From an uncultured Methanosarcinaceae archaeon (GTDB taxonomy: Archaea > Halobacteriota > Methanosarcinia > Methanosarcinales > Methanosarcinaceae), in the NCBI GenBank assembly GCA_963847185.1, contig CAWJYV010000002.1:96001-160000 (forward strand): a stretch of 64,000 bases of DNA. Direction: 5' to 3'. The first letter of the stretch is position 1; the number at the start of each line of letters is the position of its first letter. The notes under the pieces are model-generated. The model was not told the DNA's origin, did not search any database, and was given only the letters and a program-made list of their open reading frames with translations. Below are positions 33,048-44,542 of this stretch, piece by piece. The position numbers and the translations under genes were made by a program.

Positions 33048-34534
33048 TGCTGCCGGTTGCATCTTTGCTGATTCTGGTGCCGCTGTTTTTTGCAGCGTTG
33101 ACCTTTTTGACAAAAACGAAAGAACTGGCTGCAGGAATGGGATTCCTTGGGTCTCTTGCCACGCTTGGCCTTACCCTCTATACGTATCTGAACTTTAACA
33201 GCGGTACTGCCGAAATGCAGTTTCTGGAATCTATGAAGTGGATTCCCTTCCTCGGGGTCAAATATACAGTTGGAATTGACGGCATTTCCATGCCTCTTAT
33301 CCTCCTGAATGCTATCGTGATCCCGCTTCTTATCCTCTTCACCTGGAAGGAAGACATGGAATCCCCTAACAGGTTCTATGGGCTGATTCTTACAATGCAG
33401 GCTGCGGTCATAGGGGTCTTTGTAGCCCTTGACTTCGTTGTCTTCTATATATTCTGGGAGCTTACCTTAATTCCCCTCTTCTTCATAGTAAATATCTGGG
33501 GAGGAGAAAAGCGGGCCCATGCGTCCTACAAGTTCTTTATTTACACGCATGTTGCCTCTCTGGTGATGCTTCTGGGAATCTTCGGGCTCTTCTATGCTTC
33601 CCTGCATCAGACAGGTGTTCCGACTTTCGATATTAGAGAGCTGGTCTCGCAGTTCCAGTTTATCGAGTCAGGTACGTTAAAGAATGGAATCTTCCTTGCA
33701 ATTATCTTCGGATTCCTGGCAAAGTTGCCGACATTCCCCTTCCACTCCTGGCTTCCGGATGCATATACCGAAGCTCCTACTGCAGGCAGTGTACTCTTTA
33801 TCCTGCTCAAAATCGGAGGATACGGGCTTTTCAGGATTTCACTCCCAATGCTCCCGAACACCGGTAACCCTGATATTATGATAATGATGCTGGGTTTGCT
33901 TGGCTCGTTCAGCATAGTGTATGGAGCTCTTGTAGCTCTTCGGCAGAAAGACCTCAAGCGCATGATCGCTTACTCCAGTTTGAGCCACATGGGATTCGTT
34001 ACCCTGGGTTCGGCCGGCCTTGTTGCCCTTTCGGTTTCAGGCGCCATGTTCCAGCAGTTTTCCCACGGGCTTATCATGAGTATCCTGTTCATGTCTGCCG
34101 GAGCAATTCAGGCTGCTACTGGCACCAGGATCATTAACAATCTCGGCGGGCTTGCAAAGAAGATGCCGATGCTTACTGTAGTTATGATGGTAGGATTTAT
34201 GGCATCTCTTGGTCTGCCAGGCCTGACAGGTTTTATTGCCGAATTCTTGGTGCTAACCTTCAGCTTCGTTAACCTGCCTGGTTTTGTTATGCTTGCCCTG
34301 CTGGCAATAGTGATTACTGCAGGCTACCATCTCTGGGCAATGCAGAGGGCAATGTTCGGAGTGTACAACGAGAAACTCGGGAATGTCAGAGATATCAATT
34401 CCCTTCAGGTCTTTTCAATGGCAGTTATTGCCCTTCTTGTGCTTTATTTCGGCCTGAACCCGAGTCCGGTGCTTGATATGATGATTAAGAATTCGGAATC
34501 AATAGTCAGCCTTGCGGCTGGCCTGGGGGTGTAA
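33047..34534 (+). CDS. fpoM: Fpo subunit M
   Basis: FYIFWE, PFHSWLPDAYTEAPT and DLKRMIAYSS. Confidence 0.97.
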   Translation: MLPVASLLILVPLFFAALTFLTKTKELAAGMGFLGSLATLGLTLYTYLNFNSGTAEMQFLESMKWIPFLGVKYTVGIDGISMPLILLNAIVIPLLILFTWKEDMESPNRFYGLILTMQAAVIGVFVALDFVVFYIFWELTLIPLFFIVNIWGGEKRAHASYKFFIYTHVASLVMLLGIFGLFYASLHQTGVPTFDIRELVSQFQFIESGTLKNGIFLAIIFGFLAKLPTFPFHSWLPDAYTEAPTAGSVLFILLKIGGYGLFRISLPMLPNTGNPDIMIMMLGLLGSFSIVYGALVALRQKDLKRMIAYSSLSHMGFVTLGSAGLVALSVSGAMFQQFSHGLIMSILFMSAGAIQAATGTRIINNLGGLAKKMPMLTVVMMVGFMASLGLPGLTGFIAEFLVLTFSFVNLPGFVMLALLAIVITAGYHLWAMQRAMFGVYNEKLGNVRDINSLQVFSMAVIALLVLYFGLNPSPVLDMMIKNSESIVSLAAGLGV

Positions 34535-34537
34535 GAA

Positions 34538-36007
34538 ATGGAAGAAATAATGTATCTTGCACCTGAAATTGTGCTGGTCGCAACCGGCCTGATAGTACTT
34601 CTGGCCGGAGTTTTCCTATCCCCCCAGTCTAAGAATGTACTGGGTTACCTGGCAAGCCTGGGAATTGTTGCAGCCCTTATTCTGACAGTCCAGAGCTTTG
34701 GGCTTATGACGATGCAGGGCTTCCAGGTTGGGTATGCGGTTTTCTCGGAAACTTTGAGTGTTGATGCCCTCTCCCAGTTTTTCAAACTGGTCTTCCTGGC
34801 AGTTGCTCTCATTGTTTCAGTTGCTTCAATAAAGTATAATGAAGACAGTGATCACACAGAAGAGTTCTACACCCTGGTACTCTTTGCAACCGTCGGAATG
34901 ATGGTTGTAGCATCTGCAAACGACCTGATAGTTCTCTTCACTGCCTTTGAACTGGCAAGTCTTGCCACTTATGCTCTTGCAGGATATGAGAAGAAGAACG
35001 CAAAGTCCCTTGAAGGAGCCATGAAATACTTCGTCATCGGCTCGGTCTCTGGAGCACTTATACTCTTTGGGATTTCCTTTGTCTACGGAGCAACCGGAAC
35101 TACCAGCATTCCCCTGATTGCTAGAAACTCCGATCTTCTGACACAAAACCCGATAGGACTTGTTGCAATTGTACTGCTGGTTGCAGGTTTCGGCTTCAAG
35201 ATGGCTCTTGTGCCCTTCCACATGTGGGCTCCGGATACCTACCAGGGATCCCCTTCAGTCGTCTCCGCTCTGCTTGCAGCAGGATCCAAGAAGATGGGCT
35301 TTGTGGCAGCGTTTAGAGTTTTCATCCTGGCACTAGGAGCCCTTCATGCTGACTGGCAGCTTATCTTTACAATCCTGGCAGTGGTAACCATGACCTTCGG
35401 AAACGTGGTTGCAGTTTCCCAGACCAGCGTGAAACGGATGCTTGCCTACTCCTCCCTGGCGCAGGCCGGATATATTGCAATGGCTTTTGCAGTCATGACC
35501 CCCGTGGCTGTTGCAGGCGGTATCCTGTATACTCTTGCCCACGCCTTTATGAAAGCAGGAGCCTTTATCGCAGCCGCAGCAGTCGTCTGGATGGTAACTT
35601 CTGAAAAGACAGGCAATCTTGATGTTCCTGACCACCTTGACAGCTTCAGGGGACTTGGAAAGAGAATGCCCCTTGCAGCCTTCTGCATGATGATATTTGT
35701 CTTTGCCCTTGCGGGTATTCCCCCGACTGCAGGCTTCATGGCAAAGTTCGTGCTCTTTTCTTCAACCATTGAGGCAGGCATGAGCTGGCTTGCAGTAATT
35801 GCAATCCTGAACAGTGCCCTTTCACTGTTCTATTATGCAAGGCTTGTGAGATACATGTACTTCATGCCCCCTGAGGGTAAAAAAGTCAGCGTCCCCTTCC
35901 CGTATGCGGCAGCCCTTCTGCTTGCAACTGCAGGAGTAATGGTAATCGGTATCTGGCCCGAACCCTTTGTGGAGCTGGCTATGAAAGCAGCAATGGTACT
36001 GGTCTAA
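34538..36007 (+). CDS. fpoN: Fpo subunit N
   Basis: EGAMKYF, FKMALVPFHMWAPDTYQG and LAGIPPTAGF. Confidence 0.97.
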   Translation: MEEIMYLAPEIVLVATGLIVLLAGVFLSPQSKNVLGYLASLGIVAALILTVQSFGLMTMQGFQVGYAVFSETLSVDALSQFFKLVFLAVALIVSVASIKYNEDSDHTEEFYTLVLFATVGMMVVASANDLIVLFTAFELASLATYALAGYEKKNAKSLEGAMKYFVIGSVSGALILFGISFVYGATGTTSIPLIARNSDLLTQNPIGLVAIVLLVAGFGFKMALVPFHMWAPDTYQGSPSVVSALLAAGSKKMGFVAAFRVFILALGALHADWQLIFTILAVVTMTFGNVVAVSQTSVKRMLAYSSLAQAGYIAMAFAVMTPVAVAGGILYTLAHAFMKAGAFIAAAAVVWMVTSEKTGNLDVPDHLDSFRGLGKRMPLAAFCMMIFVFALAGIPPTAGFMAKFVLFSSTIEAGMSWLAVIAILNSALSLFYYARLVRYMYFMPPEGKKVSVPFPYAAALLLATAGVMVIGIWPEPFVELAMKAAMVLV

Positions 36008-36021
36008 GGAGGTTATGAGAA

Positions 36022-36420
36022 ATGACAGATTGTGATCTTTGCGGAAAAGGAATCCCGACCGTTATCCCGGTCAGGACCCACCCTCCTCTTCTCAAATTCG
36101 CTTATCCTGAAGGTGTCTGGAAAGGACTCTGTGAAACCTGTCTCGACTCCGCCCAGAAAACCTATCTAGGCGTTGATAAAGACGAGATATCTTGCAGAAA
36201 TAGTAAATGTGTTCTTTGTGGAAAAAAAGGCAGGACTCATCCTGTAGAACTGAAGGTCCCAGATTTCTCAAAAGGGATCGTAAAAAGAGAAGTAAATCTC
36301 TGCACAATTTGCCTGGAAGAAGTCAATGAGGCTTATATCAGGTTTAAAAGAGAACAAATCCTTCATGAAGATGAACAGGGTCGTATACACGGGCACGAGC
36401 ACGTGCACCCGCACCACTAA
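36022..36420 (+). CDS. fpoO: Fpo subunit O
   Basis: MTDCDLCG...AYPEGVWKGLCETC, four CxxC pairs, His-rich tail; last gene of the fpo operon. Confidence 0.94.
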   Translation: MTDCDLCGKGIPTVIPVRTHPPLLKFAYPEGVWKGLCETCLDSAQKTYLGVDKDEISCRNSKCVLCGKKGRTHPVELKVPDFSKGIVKREVNLCTICLEEVNEAYIRFKREQILHEDEQGRIHGHEHVHPHH

Positions 36421-36421
36421 A

Positions 36422-36460
36422 TAAGCTGCATTTTGCGGCTTTATTTTTTTTCTTATTTTT
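36422..36460 (+). terminator. fpo operon terminator
   Basis: TAAGCTGC-ATTTT-GCGGCTTTA hairpin followed by long T tracts. Confidence 0.7.
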
Positions 36461-36613
36461 TCTTTCTTTTTGAGATCTCATTTTATTCTGAAAGCTTCGC
36501 TACGTATTCTGCAGCATAAAGGGCAAATGGTATCAAAGTCCTTTAGGTTTTCAACAAGCCGCTTTCTTATAGCCTTATATAAAAAGCGTTATTCCTATCT
36601 GGATGTTGTTAAA

Positions 36614-37112
36614 ATGAATTTCGAATTGCGACAATGGGAAAAATCCGATGCTGAAAACTTTTTCAAATATTCCAGCAATATAAATATTGCAGAAAATATG
36701 AGAGATTCTTTTCCCTCTACTTTAGAAGATTGCAAAAAAATAGTTGAGAGCTTTAGCTGTAACGATGAAATACAACAATGCTGCCGGGCAATTGTTGTGA
36801 ATGGAGAAGCTGTGGGATGTGTTGCCTTATTCATCAAAGAAGATGTTTACTGTAAGAGTGCAGAAATTGCATACTGGCTTGGCGAACCATTCTGGGGTAA
36901 GGGAATTATGAGCAAAGCAATAAAACAGCTTTGTCAGATAGCTTTTGAACAGTATGATATTGTTCGGATATTTGCAGAACCTTATGCACACTAATATAGG
37001 CTCAAGAAAAGCCCTTGAAAAAGCCGGATTTGTTTTAGAAGGCATAATGAAGAAAAGTGTTTACAAAAACGGCAGATTTTCTGATTATTGTATGTATGCT
37101 CTTGTGAGATGA
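36614..37112 (+). CDS. RimJ/RimL-family GNAT acetyltransferase, with an apparent +1 frameshift near 36991
   Basis: AEIAYWLGEPFWGKGIMS. After ...AEPYAH the next frame continues NIGSRKALEKAGFVLEGIMKKSVYKNG...YALVR* (TGA 37110-37112). Confidence 0.8.
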
Positions 37113-37265
37113 CTTCTTATTTCAGTAACATACGCAAGCCTGCACGGTCTCTTCAAGAATCCTCTTCTCTATCCTGATTTTAGTATCAATTTCTATAATA
37201 ATATCTACTTCATATCCAGTATATTTGAAAGATTCTCTCTGGACCCTTTAAACTCAAAGATCAGA

Positions 37266-37410
37266 TGTTTTAGAGAAAACAGTTGATGAAACTTGTATCA
37301 GGTCTAAAAGAGAATAACATCTGCATAAAGTTGAAAAGAACCGCATGCGTGGGCACGAGCATATACACCCGCTTATAACATTGAATAAACTATATTTTGC
37401 GACTTTTATT
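37266..37410 (+). repeat. Degenerate copy of the fpoO 3' end and terminator
   Basis: TATCAGGTCTAAAAGAGAA...GGGCACGAGCATATACACCCGC aligns with fpoO TATCAGGTTTAAAAGAGAA...GGGCACGAGCACGTGCACCCGC (36326-36412). Confidence 0.8.
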
Positions 37411-37772
37411 ATTTCTAGTATAGCTCTCTATAGATTTACCCCTTTATTCCTTTTTTATTAATGATTTCTATTTGAAGTTAATTGTTCTGTAAATCTCATT
37501 TCTTTACTGATCTGATCTCCAACTTTAGATGTGTCTATGTATAGATGAGTCAGTTTATTTTCCTATACAATTTATAAATTTTTTTAATTATATATCAATA
37601 TTTTGACAAACACTAGATGAAAAACAAAATACTTATCTATCGGTTTTACTTCTAAACTTTGGTTGATATCTTGATAGTTTCTATACTTATTTTTGTATAT
37701 TAACTATAAAACTTATTTTTATATATACTGGAGTTCGTGAAGGCAAAAAGAAATCAATAAAAGAGGAATGGT

Positions 37773-39787
37773 ATGAAAAAAAGTTATAATACTAAAAATA
37801 CTGAGTGTATGAAAAAAAGAATAGTGACATTAAGCAAGCTCCTTGTTCTATTTTTAATAGTTGGTTCGTCAATAGCGATGGCAGATACGGGATCTTCGGA
37901 ACAAGACAAATCATTAGATGTGCAGAAAAACGCTGTGGATCAGACTGCAGCATCTCCAAGTCTTGAATCTGCACCAGAAAATCCCGATTTTACCACTTAC
38001 CAAAATAACAAGGCTTCCTTTCAAAGAGAAGAGTCCCTGGAAGGACACAAAGCAGGTGTAATACCCTCACCTGTGGACTTTAGTCACCTCAGCAGTGTTT
38101 CCACCATAAAAGCGTCCTTTCCAGCCTACTATGATTTGCGGACCTTAAACAAAGTAACTCCTGTGAAAGATCAGGGAAATGCAGGGGCGTGTTGGGCATT
38201 TACAACCTATGGATCTTTGGAATCAGGTCTAAAGCCTGGGGAAACCTGGGACTTTTCAGAAAATAACATAAAAAACCTGCTTTCCTCTGCATATTCGGAA
38301 GGCTTTGACAGAGATGCCAATGGTGGAGCGACTCATTTACAGTCGACAGCTTACCTGGCCCGCTGGAGCGGACCTGTGGATGAAAGCGATGACCCTTACG
38401 ACCCTTCTTCAGTTACATCCCCTCAAAACCTGCCTGTAAAAAAACATGTACAAAAGGTGTTCCTTATTCCTAACAGACAGAATTCTCTGGACAATGATAT
38501 CATAAAACAGGCAGTCCAGGACTACGGAGGCATCTATACCACAATGTACTATGGCAGCAGCTATTATTCTCCTGATACATATAGCTATTACTATAATGGA
38601 ACTATTGTCCTTAACCACGCTGTAACCATTGTAGGCTGGAATGACTCGTATGATAAGAATAAATTCTCTACAGTTCCACCAGGAGATGGAGCTTTTATCG
38701 TAAAAAATAGCTGGGGTACAGGCTGGGGTGACAACGGATACTTCTATGTTTCCTATTATGATTCAAAAATAGGAAAAGATAACGCAGTCTTTACTGCTGA
38801 AACCACTAGTAATTATGAAAATATCTATCAATACGATCCCCTTGGATGGGCCCCAGCTTAGGATACTCCAACCCCACGGCCTGGTGTGCAAATATCTTTA
38901 CTGCAAAATCTAACGAAGCTCTCAAAGCCGTAAGTTTCTATACTACAGACTCAAACTGCAATTATCAAATTTATATCTACACTGATCCATCATCCGGCCC
39001 CATAAATCAATCAGGTCCGGTCCTAACCAAGAGCGGGACAACTACTTTTGCAGGCTATAACACGATTCCCTTAGGTTCGGACATTCAGCTCACATCCGGT
39101 CAAAACTTTTCAATTGCACTGAAACTTACAAACTCCGCGTACACTTATCCGATTGCTGTAGAAATGCCTATTTCGGCTTGGAGCAGTAAAGCAAAAGCAA
39201 ACGCCGGAGAGAGCTTCATTAGTAGTAGCGGACAAACATGGGCAGATATCACATCATATACCAATTATCTGAACACAAATATGTGCATCAAGGCATTTAC
39301 CGATCCAATAAACGCCACGCTTCCGGTTGCAAACTTCAGTAGCAATGTAAGTGAAGGCTATGCTCCGCTGACTGTGCAGTTTACAGACTTATCTCAGTAC
39401 GCAACTGGATGGAACTGGAATTTTGGAGATGGAGCTAATTCAATAGAGCAAAATCCAATCCACATTTATTCTGCAGCAGGAAACTATACCGTTGACCTGA
39501 CAGTAAGCAATGCAAACGGTACAGCTTCAAAACTTGCTACTATAAATGTTTCCGCAAAAACAGTACTTCCTGTATTTCCTGGCTACACTAATCCACCTAC
39601 AGATACGAACCATGATGGCTTATACGAGGATATCAATGGAAATGGAATGATAGACTTCGATGACGTTGTAGCGTACTATGATAATATGGACTGGATAGGA
39701 GAAAATACTCAGATTGATTTCTTTGATTATAATAAAAATAGTTTGATTGACTTTGATGATGTTGTAAAGCTTTATGATATGCTTTAA
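37773..39787 (+). CDS. Secreted papain-family (C1A) cysteine protease + lectin-like domain + PKD + C-terminal dockerin-like module; frameshift near 38855
   Basis: Signal peptide; QGNAGACWAF, NHAVTIVGW and VKNSWG catalytic motifs. YDPLGW|SLGY is split across ORFs 37773..38861 and 38846..39787. WNFGDG PKD; paired DxNxNxxIDFDDVV repeats at the end. Confidence 0.88.
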
Positions 39788-39857
39788 AAAGACAGAAAAT
39801 ATCAGGCGTAAAAACATAAATATTAAACAGCCTCACTGGCGTACATATACGAAATAT

Positions 39858-40115
39858 TGAGTAAAGCTGCATTTGTAGCTTTATTCTCTTACTTTTTGAG
39901 AGCTTAGTTTTTATTTTTATTTATCTTTTAAAAAAGTCTATTGTTTGTTTATACTGTGGAATATAATCCATAAATATTGTTTTTATAACTACGAAATTCC
40001 AGACTATCTTTATATCTTCATTTAGGCAAACGAATTTTTCACTATATTAATTGTGTAATTAGTTTGATTTTATTCTCATATTTTGTCATCTCAGAATAAA
40101 AAAAGAAATAATTAT
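39858..40115 (+). repeat. Intergenic direct repeat, copy 1 (hairpin terminator + AT-rich spacer)
   Basis: Near-identical to 41914-42186, e.g. CGAATTTTTCACTATATTAATTGTGTAATTAGTTTGATTTTATTCTCATATTTTGTCAT. Confidence 0.85.
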
Positions 40116-40393
40116 TTTTTATTTACCGTTTTTCAATATTGGCCTTAATATCCAATTTATTAACTCTTTTTAAGCTTATTAAATACCTTAATATTTTTTC
40201 AATTTTTCTTATGTCTGAATGGATTAATATTTATGAATAAATTAGATTATATTTGATCTATATTGGGTATTTTTATCCATATCTTATATTGATAATTATA
40301 ATTTTTTAATAAAAAGAAAAAGTCTAAATAATTCATGAATAATAATTACCATTATCTAACTAAAAAATAAATGGAAGAAAAGGAGTAGGACAT

Positions 40394-41896
40394 ATGAAAG
40401 ATAAAAGCGATTCATTTTCTTTAGCATTAGCTTCAATAGCCTTAGTTTTACTTTTAATTCTCGTATCATCTGCGGCATCTGCAGCTCCGCTAACGGTTAC
40501 AGAAAGCCGAATCACCACCAGCGGATCAGCATCTAATCCTGATATCTACGATGGTAAGATAGTGTGGCAAGATACTCGTAATGGTGGAAATCCAGATGTA
40601 TACATGTACGATATTTCCACTAATGACAGAAACTCGAATCACCAAAAGTGGATCGGCAGTAGACCCTGCTATCTACGGAAACATGATAGTATGGAGTGAT
40701 GGGCGCAACGGAACATGAAGGATACGATATTTACACGTACGATCTCTCCACTAAAAAGGAAACTCGTATAACCACCAACGGATCTTCGTCTAACCCTGAT
40801 ATCTACGGTAATAATATAGTGTGGAGTGGAGGTGGAATCTATCTCTACGATATATCTACTAAGAATGTAACTACGATAGCTCAAGATTGGTACAATGACG
40901 ACGAATTTGCGAGTTCCGGGCGTTATAATAGTAATCCTGTTATTTACGGAAACTGGATAGTGTACAATGGTAACGAGTACCAAGATATATTTAATCGTTA
41001 CAGTATTTACTTATATGATCTATCCACTAAACGTGAAACTACGATAGCATATAGTGGAAATGATAGGCATTAGTATCCTTGATATCTACAATAATGAGAT
41101 AGTATATTCAACAGTTGGATATGAGTCTGGAGTGGCTGGAGAATATATCTACATGTACCATATCTCCACTCAGAAAGAAACTCGCATAACCACAAGTGGA
41201 TCTGCAGTAGATCTTGATATCTACGGAAACAGGATAGTATGGAGGGATTGGCGTAATGGATGGGATCATATCCAAATCTACATGTACGATCTTTCTACTA
41301 ACACAGAAACTCAAATTACCACGAGTGGATCGGCAGTAAACCCTGATATTTACGGCGACAGGATAGTGTGGCAGGATAGTCGCAACGGAGACTCCGATAT
41401 TTACATGGTTACCCTTAATTACCCACTACTTCCAGTAGCAAGTTTCAGTACCAATTTAAGTGAAGGCTATGCTCCGCTGACGGTGCAGTTTACAGACTTA
41501 TCTCAGTACGCAACCGGATGGAACTGGAATTTTGGAGATGGAGCAAATTCAATAGAGAAAAACCCAATCCACATTTATTCTGCGGCAGGAAACTATACGG
41601 CTAACCTGACAGTAAGCAATGAAAACGGTACAGCTTCAAAGCTTGCTACAATAAATGTTTCAGCAAAAACAGTACTTCCTGTATTTCCGGGCTACACGAA
41701 TCCACCTACAGATCCGAACCATGACGGCCTCTATGAGGATGTCAATGGAAATGGAATGATAGACTTCGATGACGTTGTAGCGTACTATGATAATATGGAT
41801 TGGATAGGGGAAAATACTCAGATTGGTTTCTTTGATTATAATAAAAATAGTTTAATTGACTTTGATGATGTTGTAAAGCTTTATGATATGCTTTAA
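40394..41896 (+). CDS. Secreted Methanosarcina-type beta-propeller repeat protein + PKD + dockerin-like module; three +1 frameshifts (~40625, ~40712, ~41065)
   Basis: Signal peptide; repeats of PDIYGxxIVWxDxRNG..DIYMYDLSTxxETxITTSGS run continuously across three frame changes; same PKD-dockerin tail as 39320-39787. Confidence 0.82.
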
Positions 41897-41913
41897 AATT
41901 CTTATGGCAAACA

Positions 41914-42186
41914 TTGAGTAAAGCTGCGTTTGTAGCTTTATTCTCTTACTTTTTGAGAACTTCGTTTTTATTTTTATTTGTCTTTTAAATGAAGTCTATT
42001 TATAATTGTATAATTTGTTTCTACTGTGGAGTATACATCCATAAATATTATTTTTATATTTATGAAATTCCAGACTATTTTCATATCTTCATTAGGCAAC
42101 ACGAATTTTTCACTATATTAATTGTGTAATTAGTTTGATTTTATTCTCATATTTTGTCATTTCAGAATAAAAAAAGAAATAATTAT
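41914..42186 (+). repeat. Intergenic direct repeat, copy 2
   Basis: Matches 39858-40115 and includes the TAAAGCTGC-GTTT-GTAGCTTTA hairpin. Confidence 0.85.
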
Positions 42187-42529
42187 CTATTAGTTTCATT
42201 TCTTAATAATGATCAGTACTTTAGATACTGAATGCGTGTTTTTAGATTTATACTGTTTGATAATCGTGAGTAGCAGATTCAATTCTGGTTGAATCTACTA
42301 TGTAGAAATACCATAACTCAAGGATTTTGATGAGGATTTTGGAATAATTTGAAGAATGCGAGAATAGATTTCAAGATTTAAATGAAGAAAAGGCTGAAAC
42401 TTCCTTGTCAGTTATCATGATCTGTGCTAAAAAACATTTGGGTAATACTTGAAATCATTACAATTCTCGATATTTTCGCAAAATCTGAAATTAATTGGTA
42501 ACTTTTACTGAAATATTGAAGGGGATAGA

Positions 42530-43789
42530 ATGACTGTTCAAAGAAGAATACCTTGTATTGAAATTATATTCATTTTGGCTCTTTTAATGCTGATAAATAT
42601 CTCAGTTGCTACGCCTTTTGCATACATTACAAACCAGAACAGCGACACCGTTTCTGTAATTGACACTTCAACTAATGCTGTTACAGCCACGATAAATGTG
42701 GAAAACGGCCCTCGTGGAATTGCCATCAGCCCTGATGGAAAAAAGGTATATGTGACAAATTCAGACAGCGACAATGTCTCTATAATTGATACCTCTAAAA
42801 ACATTGCTACAGCCACGGTGGATGTAGGAGACCGTCCTGAAGGAGTTGCAGTCGCACCGGATGGAAAAAAAGTATATGTGGCGAACACTGGTGCCAACGG
42901 CACTGGCAACACTGTCTCCATAATTGACACCGCAACAAATACCGTTACTGCCACTGTGAAGGTAGGTACCAACCCTCGCGGAATTGCAGTCACTCCAGAC
43001 GGATCAAAGGTATATGTAACGCAAGCTGTTTATTATTATGGAAATGGTAACAATGTCGATGTTATTGACACAAAAACAAATACTGTTACAGCTTCTTTTA
43101 CTATAAGTATGCTTCCTATTGGGATTGCAGTCAGCCCTGATGGAAAAAAGGTATATGTGACGAGCTTAGTTCAAGAAAGTGGGACTATTCCTAAATCAAG
43201 CGGCAAAGTCTCTGTGATTGACACCGCAACAAACAATGTTACAGCTAGAGTAAAGTTAGAAAGCGAACCTAGAGGAGTTACAGTCAGCCCTGATGGAACA
43301 AAAGTATATGTAGCTAATACCCTGAAAAGAACTGTCTCTGTAATTGACTCAACAACTAATGCTGTTACAGCCACTGTTAATGTAGGATATATGCCTTATG
43401 GAGTTTCAGTCACTCCAGATGGAAAAAAAGTATATGTGGCAAACTCTGGTAGTAACAATGTCTCCGTAATTGACACAACAACTAATGCTGTTTCAGCCAC
43501 GGTTAATGTAGGAGATTATCCTATTGCCTTCGGTCAGTTTATAGGTTCCGTCTCAGTAAATCCAGTACTTCCTGTATTCCCGGGTTCTACTAATCCGCCG
43601 ACAGACCCGGACCGGAATGGCCTTTATGAGGATGTAAACGGAAACGGAATGATAGATTTTGATGATGTTGTGACATATTATGATAACATGAACTGGATAG
43701 AAGAAAATACTCAGGTTGCTTTCTTTGATTATAACAAAAACACTTTAATTGATTTTGACGATGTTGTAAAGCTTTATGATATGCTTTAA
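42530..43789 (+). CDS. Secreted 7-bladed YVTN beta-propeller + dockerin-like module (intact)
   Basis: Signal peptide; repeats of PxGIAVSPDGKKVYVxN..VSVIDTxTNxVTATV; ends PIAFGQFI, then VLPVFPG..PPTDPDRNGLYEDVNGNGMIDFDDVV...DYNKNTLIDFDDVVKLYDML. Confidence 0.92.
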   Translation: MTVQRRIPCIEIIFILALLMLINISVATPFAYITNQNSDTVSVIDTSTNAVTATINVENGPRGIAISPDGKKVYVTNSDSDNVSIIDTSKNIATATVDVGDRPEGVAVAPDGKKVYVANTGANGTGNTVSIIDTATNTVTATVKVGTNPRGIAVTPDGSKVYVTQAVYYYGNGNNVDVIDTKTNTVTASFTISMLPIGIAVSPDGKKVYVTSLVQESGTIPKSSGKVSVIDTATNNVTARVKLESEPRGVTVSPDGTKVYVANTLKRTVSVIDSTTNAVTATVNVGYMPYGVSVTPDGKKVYVANSGSNNVSVIDTTTNAVSATVNVGDYPIAFGQFIGSVSVNPVLPVFPGSTNPPTDPDRNGLYEDVNGNGMIDFDDVVTYYDNMNWIEENTQVAFFDYNKNTLIDFDDVVKLYDML

Positions 43790-43860
43790 AAAGACAGAAA
43801 TGAGGCACAAAAAAGAAAATAATGAGCAGCATCACGGGCATACATATATTAGACATTGAG

Positions 43861-43895
43861 TAAAGCTGCGTTTGCAGCTTTATTTTATTATTTTT
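43861..43895 (+). terminator. Hairpin terminator (fpoO-terminator-like)
   Basis: Perfect TAAAGCTGC-GTTT-GCAGCTTTA followed by T-rich sequence. Confidence 0.7.
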
Positions 43896-44542
43896 TGGAG
43901 ATTTTTGCTTTATGTTTGCACCTTATCATCCATATATTGAAAATTTTTAATAATTTATTTTCTTTGAATAATAAATGTCATAATATATTTTATATTATAG
44001 TTCTAAAATTCTATATTGAACACATGTCAGCGTATATATGCATGCTCTTTTTTCAAGATATAAATTTTTTATTTATATATAAATCATTTCATATTTTTTC
44101 ATATATAGATAAAAAACGAAACACTTATCTATTATTATTATTCCTTAACTATGTTCAGTACTTCAGATACTGTATCAATTTTTTTAGACATATACAATTT
44201 GATAATTCGTGAATATCAGAGCTTAAGTTGAGAATAGAAAATAATTGGTCATATAGGATTCACGGTTTAATTGGAAAGTAATGGTACAGGCTTCTGGTTG
44301 GCTCTACAATCAGAAAATCTCAGTGACTCAAGGGGTTTCTAAGGAGTTTGATATGGTGCGAGAATTAAGATTTTGAAGATTTAAGTGGTCAGGAGCTGGA
44401 GTTTTTCCCTTAATCATTATAATCTTTAGTGAAAAGATATTTGGCTAATATATGAAACTATCACGAGTACCAATATTTTGCTAACTATGGGTTTATTTAG
44501 AAAACTTTGCTGGAAGTTTTTGAAGAAGAAATATTTGAAGAA

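Noticed and set aside
38859-38861. TAG at the end of the protease ORF (and at 41071-41073) as a pyrrolysine read-through site
   Set aside because: The homologous continuation is in a different reading frame, so amber suppression would not restore the protein.
36422-43895. Integron-like cassette array with the hairpins as attC sites
   Set aside because: No integrase is in the window, and the hairpins match the fpoO terminator, so tandem duplication is the simpler explanation.
43856-44212. 118-aa hydrophobic ORF, and similar ORFs at 48209, 56836-57232 and 58400-58613
   Set aside because: Low-complexity translations of AT-rich or repeat-containing spacers, with no RBS or motif.
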